Below, in pieces: positions 39,483 to 47,532 of a stretch of 64,000 bases of DNA. Position 1 is the stretch's first letter. Every line of letters starts with the position of its first letter. Under the pieces are notes generated by a model. The model was not told the DNA's origin and did no database searches. It saw nothing but the letters and a program-made list of their open reading frames with translations. The position numbers and the translations under genes were made by a program. The stretch is from an uncultured Flavobacteriaceae bacterium (GTDB lineage Bacteria; Bacteroidota; Bacteroidia; Flavobacteriales; Flavobacteriaceae): positions 84,493-148,492 of the forward strand of contig CAXBIQ010000006.1 of the NCBI GenBank assembly GCA_963975935.1, given 5' to 3'.

Positions 39483-39524
39483 AACCTTCCCATACGTCAC
39501 TGCGTGGGAAGGTTTCTTTTTTTT
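39483..39524 (+). terminator. Orphan intrinsic terminator in a non-coding region
   Basis: AACCTTCCCA-12 nt-TGGGAAGGTT is a perfect 10-bp stem followed by TCTTTTTTTT. There is no ORF of 60 aa or more upstream on this strand. Confidence 0.6.
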
Positions 39525-39841
39525 ATTGGGAATATCCTAAAAAAGAATATGTTAGCCTTATGTGAATAAAGCAAAAGAATATCTGTATAACGTCAGGGGT
39601 ATTAAAAATAAAGGAACAAATTTGTAAAAATTATAAATATTAAGGAAGAATACCCTAAAAAGAAACTATATGAAAAACAAACAATTTGCACGGATTGGTA
39701 AAATTACACCCCGTGCACTGTATAAAGAAACTTCAGGAGTTAGGAATTCTGTGAAGAATAAAGCATCCCGTTCTGAAGACCCGGCACATCCCCATATAAA
39801 GTAAAGAATAATAATTGACGTTAAATCAAAATTTAAAGAGA

Positions 39842-40003
39842 ATGAACAAACTTTTTATATTTCTGACATTCGCCTGTATCGCTCTTTGGATAATAGGTCT
39901 TCTATTTTTGGATATAGGTTTTGAAATACACCTTTTACTTGTGATGGCTGGAATGTGTTTTTCTTTAAAATTGTTGCGGGATGAACTTACCAGACAAAAA
40001 TAA
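39842..40003 (+). CDS. Small two-TM membrane protein (lmo0937-like family)
   Basis: 53-aa product MNKLFIFLTFACIALWIIGLLFLDIGFEIHLLLVMAGMCFSLKLLRDE... resembles the short stress-associated lmo0937-type membrane proteins. Followed by a terminator. Confidence 0.55.
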   Translation: MNKLFIFLTFACIALWIIGLLFLDIGFEIHLLLVMAGMCFSLKLLRDELTRQK

Positions 40004-40061
40004 ATTAGCCTAACAATTTAAATATCCTAAGAAGACAAGATAATGTGTGAGGTTGAAATGG

Positions 40062-40089
40062 CCCGGTCGAGAGACCGGGTTATTTTTTT
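40062..40089 (+). terminator. Intrinsic terminator
   Basis: CCCGGTC-GAGA-GACCGGG followed by TTATTTTTTT. Confidence 0.65.
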
Positions 40090-41125
40090 AATCCTTGGTG
40101 TCTTTTATATTTCTTTTATTATTCTGCTGGAATTCTGAGGGTGAAATATTATATTTTTCCTTGAATATTTTAGAGAAATAACTTTTACTGGAAAGGCCTA
40201 CCTTCTGAACAATTTCAGAAATGTTATAATCTGAGTTAGACAATAGCTCTTTTGCCACTTCCAGCCTTATAACCTGAATGTAACCATTCACGGTGTTGTG
40301 GTAAAAATATTTAAAACCTTCCTGTAGTTTATTAGTATTCAATCCCACCCTCCGCGATAAACTGTCTATATTGTCCAGTTCTGCAATCTCTTCATTAATA
40401 ATCCTGGACGCTTTTTGAACCAATTCAATTTCTGCACGTCTCAATAAAGAGCGTTTTCCGGTTTCTTGCAAATCGTCCTGATACATTAAAATTTGTTCTG
40501 ATAGAATATTATATGCTTTCCCTTCAAGATAGAGCCTTCTTATAAGGTCAATATTTTCAAACTCCTGTATCCGGTTAAAAGTCTCTGCCAGACGCAAACT
40601 GTAATATCCCTGATAATAAAATTTTCTTTTGGCTATTTTATCCAAAAACAACTCTTTTAAATCAGAATTCAGATTTTTAAGTTCGCAATCCATCTTTTTA
40701 TGAAAACCTTCCCGGTCAATTTCAAGACTGTTTATACGTGTTTTTGTATCTGCTAAGAAGTGCAAGATATGTCCGTTGTGATTTTCACTTCCCAAAATAT
40801 TACATTGATATTGCTCCAATTCGTGCCACTCATCATCGTTTTCAAAAGAGTGCTTTACAAAGCCTTCTATACAGTATATAAACTTTAAGGGATGTACCTT
40901 GTTTACAATAAATTGTATTTCAATATCATCGTGAAACATACAATCATATTGGATGATACCCAGACCTCCGTCAAAATTTATCCCTTTAATGGTGCCTTTT
41001 CCCCATTTTTTAGGTATTCTAATCCAATATTCCCCACAACTGGATCTAACAGCGCAATTAAAAGCTTCAGCCATATCTTGTATCACCAGATTGAAGGGTA
41101 ATGACTTTACTTGAATCGTTTTCAA
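40088..41125 (-). CDS. AraC-family transcriptional regulator
   Basis: C-terminal double HTH (NISEIVQKVGLSSKSYFSKIFKEKYNISPSEF) with an N-terminal ligand-binding-like domain. The annotated start is a TTG, and the next in-frame ATG is at codon 18. Confidence 0.85.
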   Translation of the reverse strand: MKTIQVKSLPFNLVIQDMAEAFNCAVRSSCGEYWIRIPKKWGKGTIKGINFDGGLGIIQYDCMFHDDIEIQFIVNKVHPLKFIYCIEGFVKHSFENDDEWHELEQYQCNILGSENHNGHILHFLADTKTRINSLEIDREGFHKKMDCELKNLNSDLKELFLDKIAKRKFYYQGYYSLRLAETFNRIQEFENIDLIRRLYLEGKAYNILSEQILMYQDDLQETGKRSLLRRAEIELVQKASRIINEEIAELDNIDSLSRRVGLNTNKLQEGFKYFYHNTVNGYIQVIRLEVAKELLSNSDYNISEIVQKVGLSSKSYFSKIFKEKYNISPSEFQQNNKRNIKDTKD

Positions 41126-41305
41126 TATAAAAAGTATTAATGTTGAGGTTATAGGAGGTAAATATAATTATAAAAAAAGAATTTGTTTTCAAGAAATATT
41201 TCACTTTAGAGATTTTTTACAATGAGCTGCACCTTCTGGTTATTATTTTTAAAAAATTATTGTAAGCTTTCGGAAAATGTACTTTCTTCGTAAAAAATAG
41301 TAGAA

Positions 41306-41842
41306 ATGAACAGAATTTTAGGCATTGGGTCAAGAATTGATCACCCCATTCACGGCAAGGGTGTCGTCACAAATGTTACATCAAAAATGTATTGGGTAAC
41401 CTTTATCGAGAAAGGACTGGAAACGATACCCGTTGATGATGATTTTGAAACAATAGAAGTTGTGGAAGACGAAGTGGATACCGTAAGCTTTTCTGAGGTA
41501 GAAGAGTCCCTTAGAGACATCTTAAAGAGGTGGAGCGATATTACAGAAGTGGTTCCCATTGCCGATAAATGGCGTGGCGGTACCATCATTCTCCAGCCCA
41601 AAGACAAAACCTTATCCTCAAAAGAAGTACCTATCGATACGTTCTTCAATAAAATTGTTATGTTGCGCGACCGCTTACGCGTAATGGAACAAAAAATCAA
41701 CGCATCAAAAGATCTGGATGCTGACCTTAAAATAGACCTGCAGCAATATATCACCCGTTGCTACGGAAGTTTGACAACATTCAACATCTTATTTAAGAAC
41801 AACTCACAGAACTTTGTAGGCGATTCTTCTAAAAAGGAATAG
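41306..41842 (+). CDS. Hypothetical protein with N-terminal GxxxxHPxxGxGxV SH3/Tudor-like motif
   Basis: 178-aa ORF. GSRIDHPIHGKGVVTNV resembles the small DUF3553 / UvrD-PcrA C-terminal Tudor-like motif. This is a recollection and is not verified. Confidence 0.55.
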   Translation: MNRILGIGSRIDHPIHGKGVVTNVTSKMYWVTFIEKGLETIPVDDDFETIEVVEDEVDTVSFSEVEESLRDILKRWSDITEVVPIADKWRGGTIILQPKDKTLSSKEVPIDTFFNKIVMLRDRLRVMEQKINASKDLDADLKIDLQQYITRCYGSLTTFNILFKNNSQNFVGDSSKKE

Positions 41843-41886
41843 ATACGAAAGCGAGTTAAAAAACGTTATTGCTTAAAACCTATTCA

Positions 41887-42741
41887 ATGGATTTCCATCC
41901 ATTATTTGTGCAATTTATTGACCCCGAAAACAATCATAACTGGCTTGCACCTTATGCCTATGGTATTGTCTTTCTGGGAATATTCTTATTCCTTTTCAGG
42001 ATTTTTGAGCTTAATTATACTTTGTATTTTGATAAGCCTTTGTTGCGGCATTATTTTGTTTACAGAAAATTGAACCCAACACAAAAAAGCATTTTACGCT
42101 CTCAATTCTCATTTTATAACAAGCTATCCATAAAGCACAAACGACAATTTGAACATCGTGTGGCCACATTTACCCAAACCAAAGAATTTGTTGGCAGGGA
42201 TGGTTTGCAAATAAATGATTCTCAAAGGACGCTTATTGCAGCGGTGGGGTGTATGTTGAGTTTTGGCAGGAAAAACTATAACTATCGATTAATTGAAGCC
42301 ATACTGATTTATCCTGATGAGTTTTACAGTAAAGAAAATGATGCCTACCACAAGGGTGAGTTTAACCCGAAACATAAAGTTTTAGCCCTATCATGGAAAG
42401 ATTTTGAAAGAGGTTATGAAATTACAAATGATAACCTCAATTTGGGTATACACGAATTCATGCATGCCATGCAACTCGAGGCAATGACGGGGAAAGACCC
42501 TGATTCTGCAAGGTTTATGAAACACTTTAAAAATATTTTAAAGCGTCTGACAAACCAGGAACTAAGGGATAAACTTGACGACACGAGGTTTTTCAGAACC
42601 TATGCTTTTACAAACCAATATGAATTTATGGCCGTCTTGGCTGAATACTTTTTTGAATCCCCATCTGAACTAAAACAGCATTTTCCTGAACTCTATGAAT
42701 ACAAAAGAAAGATGTTGAATTTTAATTTTGCGGGCTATTAG
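41887..42741 (+). CDS. Membrane-anchored MtfA-like (M90 family) zinc metallopeptidase
   Basis: HExxH motif in GIHEFMHAMQLE with downstream acidic and aromatic residues (EFMAVLAEYFFE) as in MtfA-type peptidases. N-terminal TM helix (YGIVFLGIFLFLF). The ATG at 41887 is preferred over the TTG at 41869. Confidence 0.65.
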   Translation: MDFHPLFVQFIDPENNHNWLAPYAYGIVFLGIFLFLFRIFELNYTLYFDKPLLRHYFVYRKLNPTQKSILRSQFSFYNKLSIKHKRQFEHRVATFTQTKEFVGRDGLQINDSQRTLIAAVGCMLSFGRKNYNYRLIEAILIYPDEFYSKENDAYHKGEFNPKHKVLALSWKDFERGYEITNDNLNLGIHEFMHAMQLEAMTGKDPDSARFMKHFKNILKRLTNQELRDKLDDTRFFRTYAFTNQYEFMAVLAEYFFESPSELKQHFPELYEYKRKMLNFNFAGY

Positions 42742-43993
42742 TTTTTAAAAAGCGGTGCAACAGCCACCGAAAAATCCAACCTAATAGTAATAATACTATA
42801 CCTGAAATCACTACATTTTTATTGAGGGAAACTGCCATTGCCAAACACCCTGTCAACCCCAATATCGGAACCCATTCAGGATACAAACGGTCTGCTTTGG
42901 ATTGCTTAAGTGCAGCGATGTTTGTTATGCTGTAATATAATAATATGGTAAATGCAGCAGCTGCAAGCACAAAAATAAAGGTTCCAAAAAGGGTCAAGAG
43001 TGCAATAACAGTTGCCGTAAAAAGAATAGCAATGACGGGTACTTTTCTTTTTTCATTCACTTTTTGAAACACAGGAAAGAAATCACTGTTACGCCCCATA
43101 GCAAAAAACATACGACTGATTCCCAGTATCTGGCTTAGCAATACCCCAAGCATTGCCGTGCAGGCACCCAGGGCAACCACAGTTTTGATTAATGGTGTGT
43201 TAAGACTATTGGAAACAAGTTGTAAGGGTGCGGTGGTCTGTGCCATCGCTTCATAACCCATAACCCCAATAGCTGTTACGGACACCAATCCATATAAAAT
43301 AATGGCGGAAACAATGGTAATGATAATTGCTTTTGGGATGGTTTTTTTGGGGTTTTGAACTTCTTCAGCTAAGGTGGCAATGCGTGCATAGCCGGTAAAC
43401 GCAAAAAACAAGAGGGCGGCACTCTCAGCGATTCCCTGAACGCCAAAAGGGGCAAACGGTTTAAAGTTGGTTTGTTTTATTTCAGGGAAACCGCTGATAA
43501 CAAAATAAAGCAATGCAAGTATAGTAAACCCGACAATAAAAAGATTTAGCGTTCCTGCTTTTTTAATTCCCAGTAAATTGGCAATGGTTAACAATACAAT
43601 TGCTGCAATTGCAAGCGCGAGAGGTGATCCAAGACCTGTGAGTTGGTAAAAATAACTACCAAAGCCGATAGCCACCACACTACCTGCAGAAAGTTTACTA
43701 ATAAGAAACATCCACCCTGCAGAAAAGCCCCAAAGGGGACTTAATAAGCGGTTGCCATAGTCATAGGTTCCGCCTGCAAAAGGATATTGTGCAGCGAGTT
43801 GCGCCGAACTCAACGCATTGCAGGTAGCTATACACCCGGCCACAAAAAGCCCGATTAGAAATGCAGGTCCTGAAACCCCTGCTGCCACACCGGTAACTAC
43901 AAAAATACCGGCCCCAATGATGGCTCCCAAACCTACACCCACAGCATCTTTTAACCCCAAGCTGCGCTCTAACAAATTATTGTATTTCTTCAT
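42722..43993 (-). CDS. APC-superfamily amino acid permease
   Basis: 423 aa with about 12 TM helices and an N-terminal GAIIGAGIFV motif typical of APC transporters. Confidence 0.85.
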   Translation of the reverse strand: MKKYNNLLERSLGLKDAVGVGLGAIIGAGIFVVTGVAAGVSGPAFLIGLFVAGCIATCNALSSAQLAAQYPFAGGTYDYGNRLLSPLWGFSAGWMFLISKLSAGSVVAIGFGSYFYQLTGLGSPLALAIAAIVLLTIANLLGIKKAGTLNLFIVGFTILALLYFVISGFPEIKQTNFKPFAPFGVQGIAESAALLFFAFTGYARIATLAEEVQNPKKTIPKAIIITIVSAIILYGLVSVTAIGVMGYEAMAQTTAPLQLVSNSLNTPLIKTVVALGACTAMLGVLLSQILGISRMFFAMGRNSDFFPVFQKVNEKRKVPVIAILFTATVIALLTLFGTFIFVLAAAAFTILLYYSITNIAALKQSKADRLYPEWVPILGLTGCLAMAVSLNKNVVISGIVLLLLGWIFRWLLHRFLKTNSPQN

Positions 43994-44148
43994 TCCTTCT
44001 GCTTCAAGGCAAGTTTACAAAAAATTAATGAAAGAAATGTTTGTAAACCATTAAGACGTCGCTGACGATGACCAGGGATTCAATAGAAAATACTGTTTTT
44101 TTTATAAATTTTCGGGATATTGTTTTTTAAGATAAACTAAAGAGCTAT

Positions 44149-45303
44149 TTAACTATACCTAAGAAGTGCATTCATTTTTCCGTCTTTTTCAGGCATAGAT
44201 TCAGCTTCAATTAAGTAAACAGAGCCTTTGTTTTCTAAAACCTTGATTGCGGCAAGGTTCATTAAGGATGTGTTTTCAGATGTTTGTTCATCCTGTATAT
44301 TTACTTTCATATTTTCTTCATCATATGTTCCCCAAATTTCTTCCCGGTTTTCTAGAAACAAGGTGTCAATTTTGCCCTGAAAAGCAGCAGGAATAATATC
44401 GTGAACCGCAGCACTTTTTTCACTTAAAGGTGTGTCATCATATTTCTTTAATTTTTTCTTTTCTTCCTCATTTAAATAAGGTTCTACGGTTTCTACTGCT
44501 CTTTGATGGAGGCCCAGGAGATCAACATCATTTGGGTTTCCGTGGATAGGAGTATCAAAGAGGTTGTTGTAGGTATTGGCTTCTTTATAAATAGGGAACA
44601 TATAGTCCTGACAAAAAATAACCAAAGGAGCTTTTTCTTTATTTAAAAGCTTGTCAAGACCATCATCAATAGCTTTATAAAATCTGAATATTTCGTCTTT
44701 ATGGTCACTTCCTCCGGCACCATGACCGTGAAAAATGGCTTGACCTCCGCCTTCCTGCTGACTCCTCCATTGAAGATGTTTTTCTTCATAATCATAACCC
44801 ACCCGATCTCTTAGGTTTGAAGGCGTTATTTCGTCAATTTCAATTTCTCCAATGCTGTACCGTGTAGCTTCATAAAATTTAACTTCTTTGAGCTGCAGGG
44901 AAAGAATGTAGAATTTTCCATCACCTGAAAGAACAGGGGCAAGGGGTTTCAGGTAAAATTCTTTAGAAATATAGATGTTCTCTTCAAAATTAATTGGTAA
45001 GGTATAATTTTCAAAAAAGTCTTTAGATGCAAAAATAGCGAGACCATCAGATTGATGTCTCCAGAAATCACTGTCACCGAGTAATTTTTGAATATTTGTT
45101 TCAATATTTTTGATAACTGTGTCATTTACTCCCTTATTTTCGAGGGTTCTTTTGCATTCATTCCATTTTGACTTTAATTGCGTACTGTCTTGCTTTTCCA
45201 AAACTTCTTTTCCTGACCTGGAGGTTGTAATAAATATTGAAACACAAACATCATTGTTGTATTCTGTTAGCTTTCTTAATTCTTTTGGGCTTATTAAATC
45301 CAT
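44149..45303 (-). CDS. eRF1/Pelota-like (baeRF-type) protein with GGQ motif
   Basis: 384-aa cytoplasmic protein. It has an N-terminal CVSIFITTSRSGKE block and a central QQEGGGQAIFHGHGAGG (GGGQ encoded at 44740-44751). The overall three-part organisation is as I recall for the bacterial archaeo-eukaryotic release-factor-like families. Confidence 0.55.
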   Translation of the reverse strand: MDLISPKELRKLTEYNNDVCVSIFITTSRSGKEVLEKQDSTQLKSKWNECKRTLENKGVNDTVIKNIETNIQKLLGDSDFWRHQSDGLAIFASKDFFENYTLPINFEENIYISKEFYLKPLAPVLSGDGKFYILSLQLKEVKFYEATRYSIGEIEIDEITPSNLRDRVGYDYEEKHLQWRSQQEGGGQAIFHGHGAGGSDHKDEIFRFYKAIDDGLDKLLNKEKAPLVIFCQDYMFPIYKEANTYNNLFDTPIHGNPNDVDLLGLHQRAVETVEPYLNEEEKKKLKKYDDTPLSEKSAAVHDIIPAAFQGKIDTLFLENREEIWGTYDEENMKVNIQDEQTSENTSLMNLAAIKVLENKGSVYLIEAESMPEKDGKMNALLRYS

Positions 45304-45527
45304 TTTTTTGCTTATTTAGGTTAGTTCTTCTAAGATACTTGTATTTCCTAAAATATCAAATACCAAGAGAGTACCTTCCTGCTAAACATTTCTTAATTGT
45401 GTATTAATTTTTTATAAAATAGCAATTGAATTTGTTTTGAAAACGCCGGGAAATGATATTTAGGAGAATTTGAGAAGTAAAAAAAAACAAAAGCTGTGTA
45501 GTTTTTTTGATAAAGAAATTCTTGTTT

Positions 45528-46520
45528 TTACCCTTGTTCTGAGTATTGATTTTTTGAGGTGATGTGTTTTACAATTTGTTTTGCGTGGATTACTGAATTT
45601 TCAATAAACCATAAATGGGTGTCCATTCCGCCGCAAATGACACCCGCGAGGTAAAGACCCTTGATATTGGTTTCCATACTTTTTTCATCATATGTGGGAT
45701 ATGATTTTCCATCGCTTGACAGCTTTATGCCCAAACCTTCAAGAAACTTGAAATTTGGACGGTAGCCTGTTAAAGCAATGACATAATCGTTGGGAAGGGA
45801 CACTTTGCCTTTAGGGGTTCGGATGACAACTTCATTTTCTTTAATTTCATCAAGCTCAGATTTAAAGTAGGCTCTGATATTCCCTTCTTTGATGCGGTTT
45901 TCAATATCGGGTTTTACCCAGTATTTCACACGTTCACCAATGGCTTTTCCCCTAACAACCATTGTTACATCCCCACCTTTTCGCCAGATTTCTAGTGCAG
46001 CATCAACGGCAGAATTACTGGCACCCACCACAACCACTTTTTGCATGGTGTAATAGTGTGCTTCTTTATAATAATGGGTTACCTTTTTTAAATCTTCACC
46101 TGGGACATTCAGTTTATTGGGGATGTCATAAAACCCCGTGGCAACAATCAGGTTTTTAGAAAAATATGTGGTTTTTTCAGAGGTAATTTTGAAAAGTTGA
46201 TTTTCTTTTTCAGAGGAAATAACCTTTTCAAAAAGATTGATATTCAAATCATTATTGGTTGCGACACGCCGGTAATACTCCAGGGCTTCAATGCGTTTGG
46301 GCTTGGGGTTGATACTCATAAAAGGAATGTCGTCTATTTCCAGTTTTTCAGAAGTGGAAAAGAATGTCATATCCAGCGGGTAATTATAGAGTGAGTTAAC
46401 CAATGTTCCTTTTTCAAGAACCATATAGCTGAGCTTTTTTTTCTTACATTCCAATGCACATGCAATCCCGATGGGACCACCCCCAATAATGACTACATCA
46501 TAATTCCCATCACTACCCAT
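45528..46520 (-). CDS. FAD-dependent pyridine-nucleotide disulfide oxidoreductase (YpdA-like, putative bacillithiol disulfide reductase)
   Basis: VVIIGGGPIGIACA dinucleotide-binding motif and a second Rossmann motif VVVVGASNSAVDAA. About 330 aa, as for the YpdA family. Confidence 0.7.
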   Translation of the reverse strand: MGSDGNYDVVIIGGGPIGIACALECKKKKLSYMVLEKGTLVNSLYNYPLDMTFFSTSEKLEIDDIPFMSINPKPKRIEALEYYRRVATNNDLNINLFEKVISSEKENQLFKITSEKTTYFSKNLIVATGFYDIPNKLNVPGEDLKKVTHYYKEAHYYTMQKVVVVGASNSAVDAALEIWRKGGDVTMVVRGKAIGERVKYWVKPDIENRIKEGNIRAYFKSELDEIKENEVVIRTPKGKVSLPNDYVIALTGYRPNFKFLEGLGIKLSSDGKSYPTYDEKSMETNIKGLYLAGVICGGMDTHLWFIENSVIHAKQIVKHITSKNQYSEQG

Positions 46521-47172
46521 TCACCTGTGAGTTTAGGGATTTTATGGTGTCTAAAGGGTTTTCAGACTTAAATACAAAACTACCTGCTACGAGTACATTT
46601 GCACCCGCTTCGACAAGTTGGGAAGCATTTTTATTTGTCACACCACCGTCAATTTCAATTTTTGTGGAAGCGTCGTTTCTTGTGATGATTTCCTTGAGTT
46701 GTTCTACTTTTTTATAGGTATTTTCTATAAAGCTCTGCCCCCCAAAACCGGGATTTACACTCATCAGACAAACTAGGTCAATGTCCTTTATAGTGTCTTC
46801 AAGTAAAGAAACATTGGTATGGGGATTAAGTGCCACGCCGGCCTGCATGCCTTCGGCTTTAATGGCCTGCAGTGTTCTGTGAAGGTGTGTACATGCTTCA
46901 TAATGTACGGTGAGTATGTTTGCGCCTAAATCTGCAAATGTTTTGATGTAGCGGTCAGGGTCAACAATCATTAAGTGTACATCGATGGTTTTTTTTGCGT
47001 GTTTGGTTATGGCCTGAAGCACGGGCATTCCAAATGAAATATTAGGCACAAAAACACCGTCCATAATGTCAATGTGAAACCAGTGTGCTTCACTTTGATT
47101 GACCATTTCGATATCGCGTTGCAGGTTGGCAAAATCTGCTGCAAGGATGGAAGGGGCTATTTTGATGCTCAT
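46513..47172 (-). CDS. rpe: Ribulose-phosphate 3-epimerase
   Basis: IAPSILAADF, HIDIMDGVFVPN and MSVNPGFGGQSF motifs. Confidence 0.92.
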   Translation of the reverse strand: MSIKIAPSILAADFANLQRDIEMVNQSEAHWFHIDIMDGVFVPNISFGMPVLQAITKHAKKTIDVHLMIVDPDRYIKTFADLGANILTVHYEACTHLHRTLQAIKAEGMQAGVALNPHTNVSLLEDTIKDIDLVCLMSVNPGFGGQSFIENTYKKVEQLKEIITRNDASTKIEIDGGVTNKNASQLVEAGANVLVAGSFVFKSENPLDTIKSLNSQVNG

Positions 47173-47188
47173 AATATGATTGTTTTTG

Positions 47189-47196
47189 CAAAGATA
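47189..47196 (-). promoter_or_regulatory. Candidate -7 promoter box (TATCTTTG) for rpe
   Basis: TAnnTTTG match on the minus strand 17 nt upstream of the rpe ATG. Confidence 0.4.
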
Positions 47197-47404
47197 TTAA
47201 AGTAATGTGGAAGTGTACTTGTTGTTGTCTATTTTAAAATATATTAGCCAAAACTAAATATGTTATCAACGTCTATCTGCGCCTTCTGTGTTATCTTCGG
47301 GAGAAAAATAATCGCTTAGTTGCCCGCTGCGTGGCAAGAGATTAACTTGTCTTTGGGTTATGAATGGGGAGAATAATTAAAACTTTGGAATATTGATTGA
47401 CGAG

Positions 47405-47444
47405 ATTTCCGCCCCTGCCTGCCGGCAGGCAGGTTCGCGGAAAT
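47405..47444. repeat. GC-rich nested palindrome (ATTTCCGC-[CCTGCCTGCC|GGCAGGCAGG]-GCGGAAAT), REP-like element copy c
   Basis: An 8-bp outer stem related to the GATTCCCGC hairpins encloses a perfect 20-bp palindrome at 47414-47433. Confidence 0.6.
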
Positions 47445-47473
47445 GAAAAATCCCCGGTAATCAGCCGGGGATT
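47445..47473 (-). terminator. Intrinsic terminator of rpoD
   Basis: Minus strand reads AATCCCCGG-CTGATTA-CCGGGGATT followed by TTTTC, 60 nt after the rpoD stop. Confidence 0.7.
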
Positions 47474-47532
47474 CATTCATCAATCAAAAAACGAACAGTT
47501 AGTGATAACTGTTAGTTGCCGTAATATAGGAA

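Noticed and set aside
40043-40138. 31-codon hydrophobic ORF (MCEVEMARSRDRVIFLILGVFYISFIILLEF) that could look like a type I toxin
   Set aside because: It reads straight through the terminator hairpin at 40062-40089 and then runs antisense to the 3' end of the AraC gene. There is no independent support.
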